Shown piece by piece: positions 48,168 to 56,548 of a stretch of 64,000 nucleotides of DNA. Where the stretch lies: the IMG/VR virus record IMGVR_UViG_3300011114_000889. The stretch is one strand, 5' to 3'. Both the position numbers and the translations under genes were made by a program. Under the pieces are notes generated by a model, which was given only the letters and a program-made list of their open reading frames with translations, was not told the origin of the DNA and did no database searches. Origin of the DNA: an uncultured virus (IMG/VR IMGVR_UViG_3300011114_000889) (taxonomy: Duplodnaviria > Heunggongvirae > Uroviricota > Caudoviricetes). Numbering within the stretch: the stretch's first letter is position 1; every line of letters begins with the position of its first letter.

Positions 48168-48317
48168 ATGCCTTTAGGTAAAAAGAAAGCTAACGACGCT
48201 TGTACTCGTAAAGTAAAAGCTAGGTATTCTGTTTGGCCTTCAGCGTACGCTAGCGGGGCTTTAGTTAGATGCCGTAAAGTTGGAGCAAAAAACTGGGGTA
48301 ACAAGGAGAAAAAATAA
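48168..48317 (+). CDS. Small basic protein
   Basis: DAC..KVK.RY.VWPSAYASGALVRCRK.G. Probable start is ATG 48168 (MPLGK). Confidence 0.72.
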   Translation: MPLGKKKANDACTRKVKARYSVWPSAYASGALVRCRKVGAKNWGNKEKK

Positions 48318-48547
48318 TGTCCTTTGACCTTGAAAAAAAGAAAGGTCTACATGGTTGGTTCTCTCGGAATAAAGGTAAGGGCTGGATTAACTGCAAGACA
48401 GGCGGTCCATGTGGCCGGAAGTCGGCCGACAGCGGTGGTAGTTATCCAGCCTGTCGCCCCACCAAGTCAATGTGCAGCTCAGCCGCCAGAAAAAAGACAA
48501 GCTCAGAACGTATAAACTGGAAGAAAAAAACGGGTCTAGGCAAATGA
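48317..48547 (+). CDS. Small basic Cys-rich protein
   Basis: GL..WF...GWINCKTGGPCGRK...YPACRP. Confidence 0.72.
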   Translation: MSFDLEKKKGLHGWFSRNKGKGWINCKTGGPCGRKSADSGGSYPACRPTKSMCSSAARKKTSSERINWKKKTGLGK

Positions 48548-48744
48548 TTTTTTGGCCCGTTTTATTTTTTGCCTTTATTGTAATTGCTCTAATCCTTTGG
48601 AAGCCAAAGGGTAAGACAGAAATGTGGATAGAAATGTCTGCTGAAGAGCGTTATATGCTGGCCAAAAAAATTTTTACACGAGATCCTAGCGCCTTCAAAG
48701 ATGTTGATGAGGATGGTGTTGACGATCTAGAAGAGTCCAAGTAA
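48544..48744 (+). CDS. Small membrane-anchored protein
   Basis: Probable start MIFWPV (ATGA overlap). N-terminal TM helix and acidic DVDEDGVDD tail. Confidence 0.6.
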   Translation: MIFWPVLFFAFIVIALILWKPKGKTEMWIEMSAEERYMLAKKIFTRDPSAFKDVDEDGVDDLEESK

Positions 48745-48754
48745 ACTAAAAGTT

Positions 48755-49180
48755 ATGCCTATTAAAGCCTGCCCCGTTGAGACACAAGATATTGCAGCTA
48801 ATTTACGCAATAGAAAGAAGGCTATCAACACGGCAATGTACGGTCCAATGAATCCTAACGAACCCAATGAAGACTACTGGATTAAGCTTGGGCAAGAGTT
48901 CAACACCTCACCCGAGGAAGCTAAGAAATCTAGGTGTGGAAACTGTGCCGCCTTCAATGTCACAACCCGCATCAAAGACTGTATTGCCAAGGGACTTGGG
49001 AAGGACGAGGGAGATGAATGGGCTACCATTGATGCCGGGGACCTTGGATACTGCGAAGCTTTTGATTTTAAGTGTGCGTCAAAGCGTACTTGCAAAGCCT
49101 GGATTGTTGGTGGTCCATTAGATGACTCCAAAGAAAATAAAAATAAAAGTTTTGTAGAGGCAGTAGAAGAACAAGTATAA
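48755..49180 (+). CDS. Cys-rich hypothetical protein
   Basis: CP..TQD...NL.NR..A...YGP.NP...CGNCAAF...GYC...DFKCA..RTC..W. Promoter TTGACG-17-TAAACT upstream. Confidence 0.78.
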   Translation: MPIKACPVETQDIAANLRNRKKAINTAMYGPMNPNEPNEDYWIKLGQEFNTSPEEAKKSRCGNCAAFNVTTRIKDCIAKGLGKDEGDEWATIDAGDLGYCEAFDFKCASKRTCKAWIVGGPLDDSKENKNKSFVEAVEEQV

Positions 49181-49191
49181 AGGAGAAGACT

Positions 49192-49347
49192 ATGCCATTA
49201 GGAAAAAATGTATCAGCCAACATCAGCGAACTCTATGCTGACAATAAGAAGAAAGGCAAAGAACGTGGAGCTGGGGGCAAAACCCGTAGTCGAGCTCAGA
49301 TTATTGCTATCGCCTTGAGTGCAGCCGGGAAGTCAAAAGGAAAATAA
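49192..49347 (+). CDS. Small basic protein (51 aa)
   Basis: Below the ORF-track cutoff. AAGGAG RBS. Translates as MPLGKNVSANISELY...QIIAIALSAAGKSKGK. Confidence 0.72.
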   Translation: MPLGKNVSANISELYADNKKKGKERGAGGKTRSRAQIIAIALSAAGKSKGK

Positions 49348-49348
49348 T

Positions 49349-49921
49349 ATGGCAGTCAACTCTTACGAGGCAGCAAAAAATTTAGGCTTAGGAGCGGGAT
49401 ATCAGGTTGGCGTTATGGCCAAAAGACCAAACTTGCCACGAGGTCCTTCTGCTCCCGTTCTGCGCGCGCCTACTTTTAAAGTGCCGAATCTTGCTGTTAA
49501 ATTGCCTTCGGCAAATCTTCCTTCTGTTCAGTTTGCTAACAAGTTTGACCCAAAAGTAAGGACAATGTATCAGGATGATTACGATGCGGCTATGGCTGCG
49601 AAAGCAGCTGAAGAAGCTAAAGCCGCAGAAGCTGCTAAGGCAGCGGAAGCCGCTAAGATTGCTGAAAAAACAAAAGTTGAAGAGGCTTCCAAAATTGCAG
49701 GAAGTGTTGTGAAACCAGTAACTCCACCAGGCATTCCTTCTATCCCAGGTAGTAATTCTGCATCGCCCATTTTCGCCACATCGCCAGTCCCAACTAAGGG
49801 TCCTACAGCTCCAGCTTCTTCTAAACTCCTTTCAGGTTATTCGGACGATGAAATAAAGATGCTTAAAAAATTACTTGAAAGTTATAGAAAGAATCCAAAT
49901 AGTTTTGCTAACTTAATATGA
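49349..49921 (+). CDS. Ala/Pro/Lys-rich hypothetical protein
   Basis: Probable start is ATG 49349. AAKAAE tandem repeats. Confidence 0.7.
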   Translation: MAVNSYEAAKNLGLGAGYQVGVMAKRPNLPRGPSAPVLRAPTFKVPNLAVKLPSANLPSVQFANKFDPKVRTMYQDDYDAAMAAKAAEEAKAAEAAKAAEAAKIAEKTKVEEASKIAGSVVKPVTPPGIPSIPGSNSASPIFATSPVPTKGPTAPASSKLLSGYSDDEIKMLKKLLESYRKNPNSFANLI

Positions 49922-50055
49922 AAAACTATTCTATCAACTTGAATCAAAAGAATGCGAAGATGCCAACAGACAAATCGCCATCTCTTAAAGTAGATAAGAA
50001 GCCTTACGTCATGCCGAAAGTTCGCAACAAGGGACGCGGTTTAGGGAAGTATTAA
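49918..50055 (+). CDS. Small basic protein (45 aa)
   Basis: Manual translation MKNYSINL...KGRGLGKY*. Exactly fills the gap between neighbours. Confidence 0.55.
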   Translation: MKNYSINLNQKNAKMPTDKSPSLKVDKKPYVMPKVRNKGRGLGKY

Positions 50056-50056
50056 T

Positions 50057-50743
50057 ATGCAGGATTTTCCCGGAGCTAAAAACGGTTACATGGATGTTGG
50101 AGGGCGGAGAGAATGGGTCGGCTATGCTCCCGCACCAAAGCGTAAATCCGTCGATCCGATGTTGAGTTATAACGCAGCGCAAGACTTAGCAAGAGGAGGC
50201 TCTCAGGCAGCTTCAGCTTTATTTGGGCAATTTAACCCGCCTGGAACAGCTTATGTGCAAGGGTATGGGGGCCCAATGAAGAAAACCTGGGATCCAAGCG
50301 CTGCATATGGCATCACTCAGGCAGTTGAACAAGAATCCGCTTTACTCGGTAAAATGAAAGCTCAAGAGTCTTCGTATGATAAAGCTTTTGCCGAAGCCCA
50401 GAAAGCCCAGGAAATGGCGAAGACAAAAACTGGAGTAATTGAAGCTGGCTCGGCAGCTCAGAAAGTAATTGCTGGTGGGACAGGAGCGGGTCAAGAAAAG
50501 GCTGGAGCATTTAAAGGTATATACGGGGCTGGCTCCTTGTTACCAGCTTCGTGGATGCAGAGTAAATTAGATCCTACAAAAGTAGCTCAAAAAGTAAGTG
50601 GACTTGAGGATAGAAGCGGGGTGGAACAACTGAGAGTTGGTGGAGGAGACACTAGCTATAAAACTTTAACTTACGGTAGATCAGAATTCAAGGCTCCCAC
50701 CCTTCAGAAAACAGGACTCGGAAGATACGCCACAATCAAATAG
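50057..50743 (+). CDS. Hypothetical protein
   Basis: 228-aa Ala/Gly/Lys-rich ORF in the operon. Confidence 0.7.
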   Translation: MQDFPGAKNGYMDVGGRREWVGYAPAPKRKSVDPMLSYNAAQDLARGGSQAASALFGQFNPPGTAYVQGYGGPMKKTWDPSAAYGITQAVEQESALLGKMKAQESSYDKAFAEAQKAQEMAKTKTGVIEAGSAAQKVIAGGTGAGQEKAGAFKGIYGAGSLLPASWMQSKLDPTKVAQKVSGLEDRSGVEQLRVGGGDTSYKTLTYGRSEFKAPTLQKTGLGRYATIK

Positions 50744-50757
50744 TCAGATAGGAAAAG

Positions 50758-52113
50758 ATGCCAGAATATTTTCCAGAGAATAACACACCTCTCTGGTCAG
50801 ACACGGAAGTTCGCAGTCTCCAGAAGATTTCCAGTAGCCTCGATAATCTTTCAGGTGGTGGGGCTGGCGGTATCATTGGGTCATTCCCCACGGATGCTTT
50901 CGGTAGATTAAAAGTATCTAATCCGTTCACGCTATTTGATTCCAGTCACAGGTATCGGGACAATGGATTGTGGAGTACGGCGACGAGTGGAGTTGGCTCG
51001 GCTGCGACCTTCAGCGCAAATCAAGGTCTTATTGAACTGACTATTCCTTCGACTGCTGGAGCTTATGTAATCCGAGAAACCAATAAAGTTTTTTCTTATC
51101 AGCCCGGCAAGTCATTGATGACGATGAGTACGTTCATCATGAACTCGGCTAAAACAAACTTACGCCAGCGGGTTGGTTACTTTAATGATGAGAATGGAAT
51201 GTTTCTTGAGCTTTATGGAAACGCGTTAACGTTTGTAGAAAGATCTTTATCTACAGGAACGGAAATAGCCATACCTCAAGCTGATTGGAACGGTGACAAG
51301 CTTGATGGGACTGGCCCTTCTGGCATCACGCTCGACATATCTAAAGCCCAAATCTTATGGATGGATATTGAGTGGTTGGGTCTTGGAACGGTACGCATGG
51401 GTTTTGTAATCAACGGTCAGCTTATTACGTGTCATTCATTTCACCATGCAAACTTGATCACTACTACCTACATAACTACCGCTAGCTTGCCGTTGAGATA
51501 TGAGATTCAAAATGTAACTAGTGCTTCTATTCCAGCTACATCAAGCACATTGAAACAGGTATGCTCTACAGTTATTTCAGATGGTGGGTACCAGCTGAGC
51601 GGAGCGCAACAAGTTGTTGGAATCGCGGTGAAAACCCCAAGGGTTTTAGCTACCTCTGGAACTTTCTACCCTATTATATCTCTTCGTCTTAAGTCTTTAC
51701 AGAATACTCCTGCTTCGGCAGTGGACCGAACAGATGCAATTGTAATCTTGACTGCCGCATCCATCATGCCAAACACTTCAGCTGGAAATCCAAATCACAA
51801 TTGGAGATTAGTTCAAAGTACAACTACGACTGGTGGTACTTGGGTGAGTGCTGGAGATGACTCCTCGGTAGAGTACAACATAACAGCCACGTCGGTTAAT
51901 CAAATAGCGGGAAGGGTATTGGCTAGTGGATATGTGGCTTCGTCGAATCAAGGAATATCCTCGGTAGATATCTTGAAAGAAGCTTTGTTTAAATCACAGC
52001 TAGAAAGAAATGGTCTTACTGGGGTTACCTCTGAACTTACCTTAGAGGTTGCAGCAAGTGCGAACAATGCTGAAGTGTTAGGCTCTTTGGATTGGGAAGA
52101 GATCAGTCGTTAG
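50758..52113 (+). CDS. Hypothetical phage protein, probably a beta-rich virion protein
   Basis: Motifs DAFGRL.VS.P.TLFD, YQPGKS, WNGDKLDGTGPSG and DIEWLG.G.VR.GF, recalled from uncharacterised phage proteins. Confidence 0.78.
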   Translation: MPEYFPENNTPLWSDTEVRSLQKISSSLDNLSGGGAGGIIGSFPTDAFGRLKVSNPFTLFDSSHRYRDNGLWSTATSGVGSAATFSANQGLIELTIPSTAGAYVIRETNKVFSYQPGKSLMTMSTFIMNSAKTNLRQRVGYFNDENGMFLELYGNALTFVERSLSTGTEIAIPQADWNGDKLDGTGPSGITLDISKAQILWMDIEWLGLGTVRMGFVINGQLITCHSFHHANLITTTYITTASLPLRYEIQNVTSASIPATSSTLKQVCSTVISDGGYQLSGAQQVVGIAVKTPRVLATSGTFYPIISLRLKSLQNTPASAVDRTDAIVILTAASIMPNTSAGNPNHNWRLVQSTTTTGGTWVSAGDDSSVEYNITATSVNQIAGRVLASGYVASSNQGISSVDILKEALFKSQLERNGLTGVTSELTLEVAASANNAEVLGSLDWEEISR

Positions 52114-52212
52114 TTCTTGTGGTACAACGCCAGCTTAGCAACCTTGTCGAGCAAGCCCTGGCGTGGTCGATGTGAATGATCGATTAAACTCTTAAGCTTT
52201 TTCTTTTTATTT

Positions 52213-52467
52213 TTAGCCACGGATTTTTCTGAATCCAACAATAGGAACTTCGCTCCAGGCTAAGGCTACGTGAAGCTCATTATCCTCGTACCAAACATCG
52301 ATCTCTGGGTTATAACCTTCCTTCAACTTCTCGTGTAAATCATGGAAAGCCTTGCGGGTAATAACCAGCTCTTCCGATTTACCATCAACCGCGGCAGCGG
52401 CGAGTAATACACGGAGGAACTGTTCGGATAGTTCGCCGAACTTTGCTTCTGCGAGCTTCTTGGGCAC
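52213..52467 (-). CDS. Hypothetical protein
   Basis: GTG start 7 nt after promoter TTGACT-16-CAGCAT. Confidence 0.65.
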   Translation of the reverse strand: MPKKLAEAKFGELSEQFLRVLLAAAAVDGKSEELVITRKAFHDLHEKLKEGYNPEIDVWYEDNELHVALAWSEVPIVGFRKIRG

Positions 52468-52592
52468 AATTCAATGCTGACTAATGGGGTTGCCAAGTCA
52501 ATATGGCTGGGACAAAATGGGGAAATGAGGAACACAAAGCGTGATATTATTTGGCTTACGGCCCTTGTTACGCTTTCAATTATTAAAACTTT

Positions 52593-52784
52593 GTGTATAC
52601 TTATCGGAAGAAGGATAAAACTGTGTTAAAAAATATTCCCGAGTCCCCGGAGTTTGCGATACTTCCAGAACAGGTCACCGATATTCTGCAATTTGCGCGG
52701 GCTTGTTCTCTTGGTATCATAACCCCCGAGGAACTCGGGAATAAATTGGATGACTTTGAAACTTGGTTAGGCGAGCATTTTTAA
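52593..52784 (+). CDS. Hypothetical protein (isolated plus-strand ORF)
   Basis: 63-aa ORF with protein-like composition, divergent from 52467. Confidence 0.45.
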   Translation: MYTYRKKDKTVLKNIPESPEFAILPEQVTDILQFARACSLGIITPEELGNKLDDFETWLGEHF

Positions 52785-52943
52785 TTTATCGCCCAAGTAG
52801 TTTCTTCTCAACCATTACGCAGGTCCTATGGTACGTTCCCAGGAAGGTCGAATAGACCGACCAAGTAACAACCGTAAGGCCCACGAGTTGGAAACAGAGT
52901 AGTACCATCTCCAACATACGTATTCTTTTACGTGGTTTCTTTA

Positions 52944-53153
52944 TCATCCTTGGACAGCGGCCAATCGGAGGGCTTCGTCTGCACCCGCCTTGTACACGTT
53001 CTGAAGAACGTCGTCAAGGAACTGCGGGTCCAGTTCAAGTTTAAGGTTATCGACCTTTTCCTTGGCTGTGTCCACGTCTGCGATAAACGAGATCTTATGG
53101 ATGCTGTCGCCAGCGCCCCAAAGAATCTCACCATTTACTTTTTTCATATTCAT
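52944..53153 (-). CDS. Hypothetical protein
   Basis: ATGA-coupled to the glycosylase, with a GAGG RBS. Confidence 0.6.
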   Translation of the reverse strand: MNMKKVNGEILWGAGDSIHKISFIADVDTAKEKVDNLKLELDPQFLDDVLQNVYKAGADEALRLAAVQG

Positions 53154-53857
53154 TCTAATACCTCACTCCAGTACCGACTATTTTTATACCCCTGCAACTT
53201 GTCCCACCAGATGAACCTGGCAGTAGCCGCGGGGATACCGTATTCCTGTGAGCAGGTCTGCCACTCGTTCTCAAGCGCGAGGTAGTCAGTCCTGTTCACG
53301 TTCCTGTCCCTCTTGTGGATAGACTTCAACACCCTGCGATCGAGGCAAACAACGTTTGACTCTTCGTGATGTTTCATCTCCACATAGAAGCTTGACTTAG
53401 CAATCGCCAATCCTGGAACGTTGTCCGCAATCCTATCACGGTATTGCGTCAACGGCTCGTTGGTATATCTCTCGAAGATATGGGGCTTGGCCTGGAACAT
53501 CTGATCAAACTTCCAGATGCTCACGGCTTTTGTTCTCCACAGTCCAGTCTTAGTTTGGTACAGTTCAAACTGTAGCTTACCAAGATCAGACTTCCACGAG
53601 TCGCGATCTTTGATTGCGTTGAATGCCTTCACGTTCTGCTTCCAACCGAAGTTGGCTGCGAGAATCGAGAAGACCCAGAAGCGCCACTCGTCTTCACGGG
53701 ACTTGGGCTTAATCTTGTCCCAGTAGTTGACGTAACGGCTGACCTCTCGGGACTTCAGTCCCTCAAATACTTCACGTACCCCAGTCATAAAACAAGGGGA
53801 GTGTGACTCCGTCGGGAGACGGATGCTGTCGCACCTCGCCTCCATGCTTCGTTGCAT
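53150..53857 (-). CDS. HhH-superfamily DNA glycosylase/AP lyase-like protein (resembles thermostable 8-oxoG glycosylase)
   Basis: VFSILAAN, G..RTKA..I, HhH VPGLAIAKSSF, catalytic VVCLDRRVLK, Y..LE. Start may be internal (about 53788). Confidence 0.72.
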   Translation of the reverse strand: MQRSMEARCDSIRLPTESHSPCFMTGVREVFEGLKSREVSRYVNYWDKIKPKSREDEWRFWVFSILAANFGWKQNVKAFNAIKDRDSWKSDLGKLQFELYQTKTGLWRTKAVSIWKFDQMFQAKPHIFERYTNEPLTQYRDRIADNVPGLAIAKSSFYVEMKHHEESNVVCLDRRVLKSIHKRDRNVNRTDYLALENEWQTCSQEYGIPAATARFIWWDKLQGYKNSRYWSEVLE

Positions 53858-53996
53858 CGTTGTTCAAGGTCTCCATCTCCTCGGAGGTGTAGCCTCGGAT
53901 AGAATCATCACGGATACCCGTGTTGAAGTCCACCCACGTTTCATCAATCGATAGGAACTTTTGTTCCGTTGGTTTTGTAATACAATAACAATTCAT
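53772..53996 (-). CDS. Hypothetical protein
   Basis: AAAGGAG RBS upstream. Confidence 0.55.
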   Translation of the reverse strand: MNCYCITKPTEQKFLSIDETWVDFNTGIRDDSIRGYTSEEMETLNNDATKHGGEVRQHPSPDGVTLPLFYDWGT

Positions 53997-54153
53997 CGTG
54001 AGCTCCTTTCATTATCTATATAGACTGAAATGTTTTGCTTCAATTCTGATGGTTTCATTTTGCCATTGGCCAAATCGGCTAAAACGTGATAACAATCATC
54101 CATTTCTATTAAATAATCCTCAACCATCCTTGGTGTTATTGTTTTTGTTTTAC

Positions 54154-54372
54154 TCATAGTGTTGCTCCTGACTTGTGCTCGTGAACCATAACACTCAGCA
54201 AGCCAATGACCTTGGCTTCGAAAGTGTCGATGAATTCACTACTAACTCTCGACGGGGCAGACTTCGTGGGGGCAAGCCCCATTTCCATCCTCGTCTTATT
54301 ACGCTCCTTGAACTTGGCGCTCGCCATGTCCAGAGCCGACCGCTTAACTGATGCTCTATTTATTAGACTCAT
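54154..54372 (-). CDS. Hypothetical protein
   Basis: ATGA-coupled to the GP88-like gene. Confidence 0.6.
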   Translation of the reverse strand: MSLINRASVKRSALDMASAKFKERNKTRMEMGLAPTKSAPSRVSSEFIDTFEAKVIGLLSVMVHEHKSGATL

Positions 54373-55241
54373 ACGTTCCTTTCTCCAAAGATTTTAATCC
54401 TTGATATGATGTTCTCATTCCCAGGTCTAGCCCATACTGGCCAGAACTTATCAGGAACTCCGTCCATCATCACCAAGCACAGCGCGACTGCCGCGACAGT
54501 CTTCCTGCTGTAACCCGTCCACCCAATCTTACGAAGGGCAGACAATGACTTGGCCGCAATACTCCCCGCGGGTTGTGTCCCGTGGATGAGCAATGCAAAC
54601 GGCTTACCAGACTTGTAGGCGTGGCTGTCGTCGTGGTCGATCTCCAGCTTCTTGTCCTCCGCTTCCTTGGTGCTGAACACAACCTCCGCATACTTCAGAT
54701 CGTGCTTGGCAATCAACTCATCGTGGACTCCACCTCGACTTGCGTTGAGCGCGAAGTTCTTTGGGATATCCCCGATACGCCGAAGCCAGAAGGGTAAGCT
54801 TTTGGTGTAGGCGTAGAAGGTGCGCAGTGGCTGGCATCTGGCCACATGCATCCATGCATCGAAGTAGAACTGGTTGAAGAAGTCACCCGAGACGTGAACC
54901 CGAATGATTCCAGCTTGTCTTGGGAGACTCGCCTGAATCAGTTCGGACATCTCGGCTGTCGACTTGCCTTTCAGCAACTCGAAGTTATGCCACCTCTGCA
55001 ACCGTGTGTTCTTGTACTGAGCTTCATCGGATGCGGCAAAGCAACGGAACTTGGTGTTGGCACCGTCCGTAATCTTTCCCGTGTCACGATTGGCCTTGGA
55101 CAAACACTCCAGCGCACCTGGGCAGGCAAACCCTGCGGGTAGGCTGAACGTCCAGATGTCCCTTCCGAGCTTCGCGTTACCGCGATTAAACTTAAGCAAG
55201 TCCAAGTCTGATTTCACGAGTGTAGATTTTTTTGTTTTCAT
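54369..55241 (-). CDS. GP88-like (radical SAM-related) protein
   Basis: GNAKL, FSLPAG.ACPGA.EC, CFAA, RVHVSGDF, FYAYTKS. Probable start MKTKK at 55241. Confidence 0.78.
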   Translation of the reverse strand: MKTKKSTLVKSDLDLLKFNRGNAKLGRDIWTFSLPAGFACPGALECLSKANRDTGKITDGANTKFRCFAASDEAQYKNTRLQRWHNFELLKGKSTAEMSELIQASLPRQAGIIRVHVSGDFFNQFYFDAWMHVARCQPLRTFYAYTKSLPFWLRRIGDIPKNFALNASRGGVHDELIAKHDLKYAEVVFSTKEAEDKKLEIDHDDSHAYKSGKPFALLIHGTQPAGSIAAKSLSALRKIGWTGYSRKTVAAVALCLVMMDGVPDKFWPVWARPGNENIISRIKIFGERNV

Positions 55242-55470
55242 CTTTTTGGTTCCAAGGTTTCTTGCCTTCGAATCGTTCCTTGCGGACCAGATTGTTGTTG
55301 CTGTCCAATCCAGTTGCCTCACACCATTCGGCAAGAAGAGTCGAAGCGTCTCCGCCTCGAAGCTTCAATGTTTCGATGATGGCCGCGTCCTCTTTATGCC
55401 AGCCCAATCCATAGGGGAACTTGGTTCCCGCGATGTCTTTAGCTTGCTTACCTGTATACACGGCTTCCAT
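55192..55470 (-). CDS. Hypothetical protein
   Basis: GAGGAG RBS upstream. Confidence 0.55.
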   Translation of the reverse strand: MEAVYTGKQAKDIAGTKFPYGLGWHKEDAAIIETLKLRGGDASTLLAEWCEATGLDSNNNLVRKERFEGKKPWNQKDENKKIYTREIRLGLA

Positions 55471-55639
55471 TACGCTCTCCTCGCAAGTTCTTCGGCAATG
55501 TGTCTTGCGTACAGGCTAGCGGATTCGTCGCCTTTCGCAGGTCGCTCATCCGTTTTCGGATAAGACGTCCTCAAGTCTTCAAGTTTCTTCATTAGGTTTT
55601 CTTTAGTCATATATTTAATTTTCATAATGTCCTTTCAAG

Positions 55640-55670
55640 TGGGGCGGATGGGATTTGCCCACCCGCCCCG
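55640..55670 (-). terminator. GC hairpin after rIIB (terminator or processing site)
   Basis: GGGGCGGGTGGG-CAAAT-CCCATCCGCCCC on the minus strand. No clear U-tract. Confidence 0.4.
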
Positions 55671-55675
55671 AATGA

Positions 55676-56527
55676 TTAGCGGTTTTCTACTGCGTCAAGC
55701 AACTGACGAGCCGCGGCACGGATGGCCGTAACGAGGCTGTCGTCGCTGTCAGTTTCATCTGTCTCAACATCGTCCTCTTCGTAGATGTCGTCTTCTGTTG
55801 AGTCGTACGTTTCTGCGTACGTCTTGGGTAGTGGTCCCGTGTAGTCCGCGACAACTTCGTACTTGGAAGTGCGAAGCTTCTGGAACTCGCAGTCATTGGG
55901 GACTGACACCACATCCTCGGGATTGATCTTGACGATCACGACCCGACGATCACCACCACCAAAGTTGCTGGCGTACTCAAGCGAGCCAGCGTGGAATCCG
56001 TAAGAACATCCGTTCTCGGGATTATCATCCACACTGCGTCGAGCGATGCTCAGCACCTGGCCAATTCGATTAGAGAACTTGCCAGTGTGGTGGTCCTTGT
56101 AGTCCTGATCAACCGACTTGTAGGCCAAGAAACAGCCATCCTCAGTGATCGGCATGTTCTTATGCTCCAAGAATTGATACAGTTGAGCCCGACTATTGTG
56201 GCTCGGGTTGTTGTAGAGATTCTCCAAGAACCGAGTCATCGGTTCCACTGGCAGACTCTCCTCCATAAAGTTGAGGATTCGTTTGGCGATGCGCTCGTCA
56301 ACGATCTCACCGCGGTGATACACTGAGCCATCTTTCACCTCAACGGAGTTACCGAGATACGCATTGAGCGCGTTGGTGATGTCCATCAATTGCTCGATGT
56401 CACCCTCCGCACGACCCTCTGCGATCGCTTTGATTACCATCTTTGCATTTGCGTGGTCACGACGGATAGTGTGAGACTTCCCGTTTATGACCGCTGTTAT
56501 TGTTTCGTCAGTTATGATGTAGTTCAT
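55676..56527 (-). CDS. rIIB: RIIB-like protein
   Basis: FLENL..NPS, LYQFL, PITEDGCFLAYKSV, R..VDDNP...CS.G.H, VKINPEDVVSVP.D, KLRT..YEV. Confidence 0.93.
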   Translation of the reverse strand: MNYIITDETITAVINGKSHTIRRDHANAKMVIKAIAEGRAEGDIEQLMDITNALNAYLGNSVEVKDGSVYHRGEIVDERIAKRILNFMEESLPVEPMTRFLENLYNNPSHNSRAQLYQFLEHKNMPITEDGCFLAYKSVDQDYKDHHTGKFSNRIGQVLSIARRSVDDNPENGCSYGFHAGSLEYASNFGGGDRRVVIVKINPEDVVSVPNDCEFQKLRTSKYEVVADYTGPLPKTYAETYDSTEDDIYEEDDVETDETDSDDSLVTAIRAAARQLLDAVENR

Positions 56528-56548
56528 ACTTACTGTGTCCTTTCTGTT

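Noticed and set aside
55676..55710. rIIB C-terminus QLLDAVENR resembling the scaffold helix motif
   Set aside because: Lacks the F/M anchor residue and rIIB is a non-virion early protein. It shows the short motif can arise by chance.
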